In this document: one piece after another, positions 36,451 through 47,124 of the stretch | Position numbering within the stretch: position 1 is the stretch's first letter | How the letters are laid out: each line of letters begins with the position of its first letter | Assembly: GCF_964355755.1 (NCBI RefSeq) | Contig: NC_092679.1 | Span: forward strand, 11,081,432 to 11,145,431 | DNA from: Antedon mediterranea | Lineage: Eukaryota; Animalia; Echinodermata | Length of the DNA: 64,000 nt | Direction: 5' to 3' | Position numbers and translations under genes: made by a program | Notes under the pieces: model-generated | Told to the model about the DNA's origin: nothing | Seen by the model: the letters and a program-made list of their open reading frames with translations, nothing else | Database searches by the model: none

Positions 36451-36482
36451 AGCTGTAGCTAACACTGTATATTTTCTACAAT
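36451..36482 (-). other. Representative 32-nt candidate non-coding micro-exon (one per array unit)
   Basis: Minus strand consensus: TTTTTCCTTGTTTTTTTTAG | ATTGTAGAAAATATACAGTTTGAGCTACAGCT | GTGAGTA. Confidence 0.6.
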
Positions 36483-39400
36483 CTAAAAAAAACAAGGAAA
36501 ACATTGATAATGGCAATAAACAACATTAACCCTTTTGCTAAATCAACATGCTTCTTAATCAATGTCTGAAAAATTAGGAAATTTCCTCAAAATGACTTTG
36601 GGTATGGGCCGGCTGATTGGGGTCTACATGTTGTCTCAATACTACTTTCATTTAATATCTCATTCACAAACCATAAAATCTGAATTATTTAAATGTTTCA
36701 TAATATAAAATGTCTACAAAATAACCGGCAATAGTTCACAAAGTAAGGAAAATATGTTTTCTCCGTTTAACAGATAATCTACTAATACTCACAGCTGTAG
36801 CTCAAACTGTATATTTTCTACAATCTAAAAAAATACAAGGAAAAACATTGATAATTGTAATAAACAACATTAACACTTTTTCCAAATCAACACGCTTCTT
36901 AATCAATGTCTGAAAAATTAAGAAATTTCCTCAAAATGACTTTGGGTATGAGACGGCTGATTAGGGCAGGCAACAGTTCACAAAGTAAGGAAAATATGTT
37001 TTCTCCGTTTAACAGATAATCTACTGATACTCACAGTTGTAGCTCAAACTGTATATTTTCTACAATCTAAAAAAAAACAAGGAAAAACATTGATAATGGT
37101 AATAAACAACATTAACACTTTTTCCAAATCAATACGCTTCTTAATCAATGTCTGAAAAATTAAGAAATTTCCTCAAAATGACTTTGGGTATGAGACGGCT
37201 GATTAGGGCAGGCAACAGTTCACAAAGTAAGGAAAATATGTTTTCTCCGTTTAACAGATAATCTACGGATACTCACAGCTGTAGCTGAAACTGTATATTT
37301 TCTACAATCTAAAAAAAAAACAAGGAAAAACATCGATAATGGTAATAAACAACATTAACACTTTTTCCAAATCAACAAGCTTCTTAATCAATGTCTGAAA
37401 AATTAAGAAATTTCCTCAAAATAACTTTGGGTATGGGCCGGCTGATTGAGGTCTACATGTTGTCTCAATACTACTTTCATTTAATATCTTATTCACAAAC
37501 CATAAAATCTGAATTATGTAAATGTTTCATAATACAAAATGTCTACAAAATAACAGGCAACAGTTCACAAAGTAAGAAAAATATGTTTTCTCCGTTTAAC
37601 AGATAAACTACTAATACTCACAGCTGTAGCTCAAACTGTATATTTTCTACAATCTAAAAAAAAAACAAGGAAAAACATTGATAATGGTAATAAACAACAT
37701 TAACACTTTTTCCAAATCAACACGCTTCTTAATCAATGTCTGAAAAATTAAGAAATTTCCTCAAAATGACTTTGGGTATGAGACGGCTGATTAGGGCAGG
37801 CAACAGTTCACAAAGTAAGGAAAATATGTTTTCTCCGTTTAACAGATAATCTACTGATACTCACAGCTGTAGCTCAAACTGTATATTTTCTACAATCTAA
37901 AAAAAAACAAGGAAAAACATTGATAATGGTAATAAACAACATTAACACTTTTTCCAAATAACACGCTTCTTAATCAATGTCTGAAAAATTAAGAAATTTC
38001 CTCAAAATGACTTTGGGTATGAGACGGCTGATTAGGGCAGGCAACAGTTCACAAAGTAAGGAAAATATGTTTTCTCCGTTTAACAGATAATCTACTGATA
38101 CTCACAGCTGTAGCTGAAACTGTATATTTTCTACAATCTAAAAAAAAAACAAGGAAAAACATTGATAATGGTAATAAACAACATTAACACTTTTTCCAAA
38201 TCAACAAGCTTCTTAATCAATGTCTGAAAAATTAAGAAATTTCCTCAAAATAACTTTGGGTATGGGCCGGCTGATTGGGGTCTACATGTTGTCTCAATAC
38301 TACTTTCATTTAATATCTCATTCACAAACCATAAAATCTGAATTATGTAAATGTTTCATAATATAAAATGCCTACAAAATAACAGGCAACAGTTCAAAAA
38401 GTAAGGAAAATATGTTTTTTCCGTTTAATAGATAATCTACTAATACTCACAGCTGTAGCTCAAACTGTATATTTTCTACAATCTAAAAAAAAAACAAGGA
38501 AAAACATTGATAATGGTAATAAACAACATTAACACTTTTTCCAAATCAACAAGCTTCCTATTCAATGTCTGAAAAATTAAGAAATTTCCTCAAAATTACT
38601 TTGGGTATGAGACGGCTGATTAGGGCAGGCAACAGTTCACAAAGTAAGGAAAATATGTTTTCTCCTTTTAACAGATAATCTACTGATACTCACAGCTGTA
38701 GCTCAAACTGTATATTTTCTACAATCTAAAAAAAAACAAGGAAAAACATTGATAATGGTAATAAACAACATTAACACTTTTTCCAAATCAACACGCTTCT
38801 TAATCAATGTCTGAAAAATTAAGAAATTTCCTCAAAATGACTTTGGGTATGAGACGGCTAATTAGGGCAGGCAACAGTTCACAAAGTAAGGAAAATATGT
38901 TTTCTCCGTTTAATAGATAATCTACTGATACTCACAGCTGTAGCTGAAACTGTATATTTTCTACAATCTAAAAAAAAAACAAGGAAAAACATTGATAATG
39001 GTAATAAACAACATTAACACTTTTTCCAAATCAACACGCTTCTTAATCAATGTCTGAAAAATTAAGAAATTTCCTCAAAATGACTTTGGGTATGAGACGG
39101 CTAATTAGGGCAGGCAACAGTTCACAAAGTAAGGAAAATATGTTTTCTCCGTTTAATAGATAATCTACTGATACTCACAGCTGTAGCTCAAACTGTATAT
39201 TTTCTACAATCTAAAAAAAAAACAAGGAAAAACATTGATAATGGTAATAAACAACATTAACACTTTTTCCAAATCAACATGCTTCTTAATCAATGTCTGA
39301 AAAATTAGGAAATTTCCTCAAAATGACTTTGGGTATGGGCCGGCTGATTGCGGCCTACATGTTGTCTCAATGGTAATTTCATTTAATTGTTTGATCACAA

Positions 39401-40095
39401 ACAATAAAATCTGAATTATGTAAATGTTTCATAATACAAAATGTCTACAAAATAACAGGCAACAGTTCACAAAGTAAGAAAAATATGTTTTCTCCGTTTA
39501 ACAGATAATCTACTAATACTCACAGCTGTAGCTCAAACTGTATATTTTCTACAATCTAAAAAAAAAACAAGGAAAAACATTGATAATGGTAATAAACAAC
39601 ATTAACACTTTTTCCAAATCAACAAGCTTCCTATTCAATGTCTGAAAAATTAAGAAATTTCCTCAAAATGACTTTGGGTATGAGACGGCTGATTAGGGCA
39701 GGCAACATTTCACAAAGTAAGGAAAATATGTTTTCTCCGTTTAACAGATAATCTACTGATACTCACAGTTTTAGCTGAAACTCTATATTTTCTACAATCT
39801 AAAAAAAACAAAGGAAAAACATTGATAATTGTAATAAACATTAACACTTTTTCCAAATCAACACGCTTCTTAATCAATGTCTGAAAAATTAAGAAATTTC
39901 CTCAAAATGTCTTTGGGTATGAAACGGCTGATTAGGGCAGGCAACAGTTCACAAAGTAAGGAAAATATGTTTTCTCTGTTTAACAGATAATCTACTAATA
40001 CTCACAGCTGTAGCTCAAACTGTATATTTTCTACAATCTAAAAAAAACAAGGAAAAACATTGATAATGGCAATAAACAACATTAACATTTTTTTC

Positions 40096-40645
40096 ATGAG
40101 TATATGTAAAACTATAATTTTTAATAGTTTGGAAAATATTATAATTGTCAAGAAGGTGCATGGTTCTTAAATTTAAAAATAAATGTTGTTTTTCGGTAAC
40201 AATCCGACAAAATCATTAATAAATGTTGGCCCCTCTCTAATATTTCTATGTTGATTAATTCAATTTTTTTAAACTATATACTATATATTTTGATTATTGA
40301 TTTTAAAGCATATTGAAATAAATTTTAATGTAAAAATGCTGGTTTAGCTTACTGTAATAACACTGGTCACAGACTGACATGTCAGTCTGTGACTAACTCG
40401 GTAACAACCAGACACTTTTTAATATCATATAAAAATGTAAAAATAAGGTTTTAAAAAAAAGTAACCTTATGAGTGTATGTAAAGCTATAATTTTTAATAG
40501 TTTGGAAAATATTATAATTGTCTAGAAGGTACATGGTTCTTAAATTAAAAAAATATTTTTTGGTAACAACCCGACAAAATTATTAATAATTATGTTGGCC
40601 CCTCCTTAATATTTCTATGTTGATTAATTCAATTTTTTTAAACAA
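40096..40645. repeat. Two-copy ~175-bp direct repeat flanking a 28-bp perfect palindrome
   Basis: 40096-40275 resembles 40468-40643. GTCACAGACTGACATGTCAGTCTGTGAC lies at 40366-40393. Confidence 0.8.
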
Positions 40646-42827
40646 AATCTCAAACAATATATTTAGTTCTTTAATTCTAAAAAGAAATGACATGTATAAA
40701 TTAGGATTTAGTTGTCTGTTATAGGATTTAAGTAAACCTCATATTGTTTTATTTTTTAAGTTTTCTAAATATCATTATTTTAAATGGAAATATGTCTGTA
40801 TATATCTCATTTTTTTTTTTACCACTTAAATATCCTGAAAGTATATAACATTAGCTTTAGTTTGATATCAAACATGTTAAGACTGCTAAAAGTTGAAAAT
40901 TTTCAAAATCCAAAAAAAAAATTGTGGAATTGCCCTAATACTCACAGCTGTAGCTGAAACTGTAAATCTTCTGTTAATAAAAAACAATTACAATCTAAAA
41001 AATACAAGGAAAAACATTGATAATGGCAATAAACAACATTAACACTTTTTCCAAATCAACAAACTTCTTAATCAATGTCTGAAAAATTAGGAAATTTCCT
41101 TAAAATGACTTTGGCTATGGGCCAGCTAATTGGGGCCGACATGTTGTCTCAATGGTAATTTCATTTAATAGTTTGATCACAAACAATAAAATTTGAATTA
41201 TGTAAATGTTTCATAATAGTATAAATGCCTACAAAATAACAGGCAACACTTCACTCCCAATCATGAGACCATAAATCATCTCTACAAATTATTTATTTTA
41301 TGTTCACTATTTACGATATTCTAGAGATTATGAAGTACTGTAGAAACAATAATGTTATTACTGTACATGTATCTCTTCCAACTCTTTAGGAACTGATACA
41401 ACTAAAAACTAGGCCTAGCCCCTACCTAGGAGGCCTAGGCTAGTAGGCATAGAAGAGAACTTCGCAAAAAGCAGACTCAGCTTGCTAACAATGCTAAGTA
41501 GAGTAGGCTATATTATACCGGTATTTAATTTTAAGGCATGGTATTCAAGATAAAGTTTGTTAACAAATTAGGAATTAATATATAGTTATAAGCCAGATGC
41601 AAAATGGAACTAGGCTAGCGTCACTATGCCTCTACTACAGTACTGTACAACTAAACCTAGGCTAGGTCTAGGCCTTCCTGAAGAGGTAATCTGGGACACG
41701 GCTAGGCCTAACCTAGCTAGGCCTGCCTAGGGCCTAGGCTAGGCCATTTCATTTTGATGGCAAACACAAAAACAATTAAATATTACAAATCAACAATCCA
41801 AATTAATCAAAATATATCTTACCTATTTCTAACTATTATATTTAACACAATTGTGTTTAAACTTTTTTAATATAGGCTATATGTTCGTTTTAACAATATA
41901 AAATTGCAAAGCAATATCGGGAGCAATACTAGGCTATAATATTACAAATCCAACATGGAGGTGTAACCACGTTGTTCTTTACTAATATGGCACGCAATCG
42001 TCGCCAAAAGTAACATAAATGCTGTAGGCCCAGACACAATTCACCACACTTTCACCATAAAAGTAGAGAGCGCATAAACATTTTTTCAATGGATGGCATA
42101 ATCGTTTTTCTGTGCGCAATATTCTAACGTATGACGTGCGCTGCGGATAACCTAACTCGTCCGTAGTGACGAGTTCAAATCTAGTTATAGTTTTAGCATT
42201 CTAAGGAAATTTAAAGTAATAAATTATAGTATATACACAGCACAAGTACTTTATTTTAACTAAGGATGTGGTATATAAATGTGGGTAGATTTCAGAGTAA
42301 TAGAAGTGTTAGGATGAATGGTATATTGTTTTTACAGGTAATTAAAACGGAATGTTAGTCAAGGGAGACACTTTATCAAAGTTCCAACCACAGTAATTGA
42401 CAATGTATTTCTATAGACCAACGGGTATATCTAATAGTGGAACCACAAAAATGTAGGATAGGCTAATTTCTAATTGGCAACCAATGGGAATTCAGTGTGT
42501 TTTCAGTTGTTTACTAAAGATGCATACTAGCCTTCTTCATTGTTAAATTAGCCGTTCGATAGTTGTACAAACTTTTCAATCTTTGAAATATATTACTTTG
42601 AATCTCAGTACTATTAATTGTCCATATCATTGCCTTTGTTCCATAATAGGAATCGTTCAACCTTCATCAAAACGTTCATCTTACTTGGAGTATTTATACA
42701 ACGGTTTATTGTATCATTTTGTTTACTTGCCGTATTTCAGTACATTTCAAGCGAATATTTATTCGAGACACAATTTCATTTATTATTCTTCAACGGCAGT
42801 TTCATTAATTTTACTGATATTATTAAA

Positions 42828-43983
42828 ATGGCTCCAACAAGAAGCAAACGCTCAGCGCCGTATGATAATTGGTCAGTAGCGAAACTAAAAGGTGAACTTA
42901 AGAAACTTGGAATTGGACACTCATCTAAGGACACAAAAGCACAGTTGTTGCGCTTATTCAATGAAGCCGCAATTGCTCGGCCAGCAATCGAACCTCAAGC
43001 TGCCGAGAGTAGAAATCCTACAAACAGGGTACTGATAGACTTAGTTTCTAAGTTGTCAACAACAGTTCAAAATCTGCAACAAAATGTGGCATCATTGACA
43101 CAAAAAGTGAGTTCGCTGAGCTCTCAACAACAGCCTGCAGTTGGTAGTCCTTCACTAATCAATAATACTGCCACTAGCTGTTGAAGAATCCTCACAAAGA
43201 GGAACACACATACGTACCAGGTTTGGATACGCTGCGGAATCACTGCCCATGGTGGAAACTATATCACCTGCAATCCGCCAACAAATAGTATCAGGTAGGA
43301 ACATTAATCTTGCTTCTCTATTAATAATTCCTTCATTCAATGCTTTGCCCCGAGACAATAAAGATGAACTTAATTTGTTCAAACACGATCCACGATTGGC
43401 AAAATCCCTCAATATTGGAGAATTTATCCAAGCCTTTGGGATTTATAAAAATATCATGTGCACTGCCCACCCCCAGCGGAGAGAGGAGCTCGACAAATAC
43501 GAAAGGGACATTGTAGACATGGCTTCTCGATACCCTGGAAATGGTTTTTATGAATATCACAAACAATTTAGCTTAATTGCGGCTTCACATTTGAGATACA
43601 ACAATGTCCTTGTCGACTGGTCCATACGAAATAACACGCTTTTCTGTAACATTTTTGCCAATAGTCGCCCTAACACATGCAACTATTGCAGCAGCACACT
43701 ACACAGTACAGCCTTCTGCGATATATCCGAAAACTTACCTAAGAAAGCTACTATGAATACGACCATCCCTAACGCAGACAACGACTGGTATGGTCGACGA
43801 CGCGTTTTTCATCAAGGCAGAGAAATCTGCAACAATTATAACGGTGATAGAGGGTGTGTAAAGACAAACTGCAATTTAGCTCACATTTGCTTGTTATGTA
43901 AAGGCGGCCACTCACAGTCAGCATGCAGGTGGTCAAAAAACGGACAGGGGCCTCAAATGATAGGGGCCACTGCACAACGTTAA
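42828..43983 (+). pseudogene. gag: gag-like ORF1 of the YR retrotransposon (SAP/LEM-like N-terminus, Cys/His fingers), frameshifted near 43180
   Basis: WSVAKLKGELKKLGI; IVSGRNINLASLL; EFIQAFGIY..FYEYHKQF; C..C....H....C; ICNNYN...C....C...HIC..C...H. Confidence 0.78.
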
Positions 43984-43989
43984 ACGAAA

Positions 43990-45519
43990 CCGCTAACTAC
44001 GATACAACAATAACCACCCCTATAAATATTGAACAGCTACATAAGCATATGGCACTGTGTCCATACACGTATCTAAAGAACTATTTGTTAGACGGGTTGG
44101 TACATGGTTTTTCTACAGGTATCAAATCACTTCCAGAGCAATCGATTGAATGTAAGAACTTAAAATCGGCTACAAGGCAACCCGATACGGTTGCCGAATT
44201 GATAAAAACAGAAGTTACCAAGGGATATTTATTAGGCCCATACAACGTTATTCCATACAATCAATATCGCATAAACCCTATTGGCATCGCAGAAGGCAAA
44301 TATTCAAACAAAAAGAGACTAATCGTTGACTTGTCTTATAGATAAAGAGCAGTATTCACTACAATACGTCAAAATAGACGACGCTAATTATTAAAAATCA
44401 GGGTCGTGGAGCATTATTGATAAAAACAGATATAACCGACGCATTCAAAATAATACCCATCCACCCCGGACTCAGATGCTACCATGGAATTAAATGGAAC
44501 GAACAATATTACTTTTTTAAACAACTTGTTTTTGGCTGTCGTTCAAGTCCAAAAATATTTGACACACTATCCCAAGCAGTTTGTTGGATAGCTTCCAACG
44601 TTTATAACATTCATAATATTCTTCATCTTCTGGACGATTTTCTTGTAATTGAATCTCCGACGGCAAACGCACAGTCAACCAAAATACGTTTTCTGGATAT
44701 GTTTAAAACCCTTGGTATTCCGCTATCAGAAAAGAAAACAGAAGGACCTTCTACGTCGTTAGAATACCTTGGTATATACCTCGACTCGATTAACATGGAA
44801 GCGAGACTACCAACAGAAAAAATAGCTAGAATTCAAAATATTACAACGGAATTCAGTAAGCGTGCCTCCTGTACAAAAAGAGAATTACTGAGTCTCTTGG
44901 GGCATCTAAATTTTGCTTGTAGGTTCATACACCCTGGCCGTTCATTTGTATCGCACTTAATCAGCCTATCAACAAAGATTGTAGGGCTGATTTAGCGATG
45001 TGGTCCCTGTTTTTAAAACGCTGGAACGGTGTATCTTTCTTTTTAAATGATAACATAACAATTGCTAATGACATTTCGCTGTACACCGATGCAACACGCT
45101 CATCGTTTGGTGGTATATATCGGAACGAATGGTTTCAGGGAAATTTCCCACAAATATACCTTACGGACAAGACGTCCATGGCGTTCTTTGAACTTTATCC
45201 CATCGTCATGGCATGTGTATTATGGGGTAATAATTGGTCTAGGAAACGAATAATGTTCTTTTGCGATAATATGGCCACGGTTGAAATTGTCTCCAAGGGT
45301 AGGTCCAGAATACCTGATATTATGAAATTGATGAGGAAACTAACATATCATTCTGCTATCCATAATTATCATATATGCGCTACTCATATTGCAGGGAAAC
45401 ATAACGTTATAGCTGATGCTCTTTCTCGCCACCGGATGCAGAAATTTCGACGGCTTGTACCAACAGCCAATGCTCTTCCGACACCATTCGTACACCATTC
45501 AGAGCTTCTAATGAATTGA
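43990..45519 (+). pseudogene. pol: DIRS-group RT and RNase H, with stops and deletions
   Basis: GYLLGPY, KRLIVDLS, KTDITDAFK.IP, FGCRSSPKIF, LLDDF, YTDA, FELYPI, CDNMATV, HIAGKHNVIADALSR. Confidence 0.9.
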
Positions 45520-45945
45520 AACTACAAGTTGAACAGTTATGGGACAACTCTATTTCTGATTCTACGAAGAGAGTATATAAATCTGCATTGCGGTGTTTCC
45601 TAACATTCTTGACCATATCAGGCGTACCAGTAAAGAAAGCAAAACTTCCGCTAATTGACGAGGACCAACTTATTATATACTTTGTTACCCACTGCCAAAA
45701 AGCGCTAGATCTGAAATTTGAAACAATCAACTTGTATCTGGCGGGAATACGTTTCCACTATATTAAAGCAGGTTTACGAGATGTTACAGTGGGGGCAAAC
45801 AGACTCCACTATGTGTTACGAGGGATTAAGAAGTCGCAAAACACCTGTAATGCAAAACGCGCCCCGATAACGTCAGCAATCCTGAGCGATATGTGCGCCA
45901 TACTTTCTGCTGGTAAGACAATAATTACACCTTTCATAGATATGT
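45516..45945 (+). pseudogene. Tyrosine recombinase N-terminal part, truncated by Gypsy insertion
   Basis: STKRVY..., TINLYLAGIRFH, LRGIKK, RAPIT. Catalytic domain absent. Confidence 0.8.
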
Positions 45946-46191
45946 AGCAGACCTACCACATAGCTTTTAAACAATTCAACATTTACTTTTAATTTGATTA
46001 TTTATACATCCTCTATATATCTCTTTATTTAACCTCACATTGACAGGTTACCTTCCTGTTACCTTCACTTTTCTAGCTAATGGATTTTAAGAATGTTAAT
46101 GACTCTAACAGAAAACCACATTAATTCTCTTAATCCTAATTGGTCAGATGACCCTCGACCCTCGACTTTCTTATACCGAATTTAACTTAAA

Positions 46192-47124
46192 ATGGAAGGA
46201 CAACAGCAACAACGACAGCTACCGCAACCTCCAGCACAACCCCAGCACCAGGAACAACCTGTGGTGCCCGCTCCTGACGCAGCAACCGTCAACAGGCCAA
46301 TTTCTTCGGTAGCGTTGAAACTGCCTCCATACTGGCCCAATGATCCGATATTGTGGTTCACCCAAGTGGAAGCACAGTTCACAACGCGTGGGATTACAGT
46401 AGATGCTACAAAATACGCTTACTTAGTCGGATCATTGCAACCTGAAATTGCGCAGGAAGTTCGGGATCTACTTCTCAACCCGCCTACTGATAACAGGTAT
46501 GTGAACTTGAAAGATACCTTAATACGTCGAACAACTGACTCCGACCAACAGCGCCTCCGCCAACTCCTGACGGCCGAGGAGTTGGGGGATAGGAAACCGT
46601 CGCAATTATACCGACGGATGTTGCAACTCTTAGGCGACAGGCCACTTGAATCTTCAATTATGAAACAACTATTCTTAAGTCGCCTCCCAACTAATGTACA
46701 GCTTATCCTAGCTTCAACCAAGGATGAGTTGGACCTGGGAAGCTTGACATCATTGGCTGACAAAATTATTGAAGTATCTGTAACTGCAACTGCGCCAACA
46801 AGTGTATCGGCAGTACACACGGACAATACACCCTCCTTGTCTGCGACCCTTGAAAACCTGCAAAAACAGATTCAACAACTGTCAACGCAAGTTAATTCCT
46901 TGCAATCTGACCGACGGCACAACAGATATCAAAGTCGCAGCACAAGTCGACATCGAAATCGATCGAGTGGTAGGCATTCATCTCCTGCTCAACCTAACAG
47001 TACCGATCGCTCAGCTCAACATTCAAACAACACTCCTCAACTCTGTTGGTACCATGAAAAATTTGGAGTAAATGCTCGAAAATGCAATCCGCCGTGTTCG
47101 GAAAACTCCAACGCCGACAACTAA
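46192..47124 (+). CDS. gag: Gypsy Gag
   Basis: [41 protein letters not shown]. Confidence 0.9.
   Translation: MEGQQQQRQLPQPPAQPQHQEQPVVPAPDAATVNRPISSVALKLPPYWPNDPILWFTQVEAQFTTRGITVDATKYAYLVGSLQPEIAQEVRDLLLNPPTDNRYVNLKDTLIRRTTDSDQQRLRQLLTAEELGDRKPSQLYRRMLQLLGDRPLESSIMKQLFLSRLPTNVQLILASTKDELDLGSLTSLADKIIEVSVTATAPTSVSAVHTDNTPSLSATLENLQKQIQQLSTQVNSLQSDRRHNRYQSRSTSRHRNRSSGRHSSPAQPNSTDRSAQHSNNTPQLCWYHEKFGVNARKCNPPCSENSNADN

Larger units (their letters stand above)
36050..41250. repeat. Tandem array of ~242-bp and ~345-bp units (16 core copies) with higher-order structure
   Basis: Core ACTCACAG at ~36101, 36445, 36787, 37029, 37271, 37616, 37859, 38100, 38445, 38688, 38930, 39173, 39518, 39761, 40000 and 40940. 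Confidence 0.95.
20675..42184. mobile_element. Full-length autonomous Helentron (Helitron2-type), ~21.5 kb
   Basis: Left: GGTTATCCGCA (20681-91) folding with GCGGATAACC (20696-705) after a T-rich site. Right: TGCGGATAACC (42142-52), hairpin AACTCGTC/GACGAGTT (42154-75), CTAG (42181-84), TT. Encloses the Rep-helicase-endonuclease ORF. Confidence 0.8.

Noticed and set aside
36050-41250. CRISPR-like repeat-spacer array
   Set aside because: Whole units are repeated, there are no unique spacers, no cas genes, and the context is eukaryotic.
41405-41750. CTAGGCCTAG clusters as a specific regulatory array
   Set aside because: The same motif occurs in unrelated elements (~6030, 19140, 53670, 57270), so it appears to be a genome-wide low-complexity motif.
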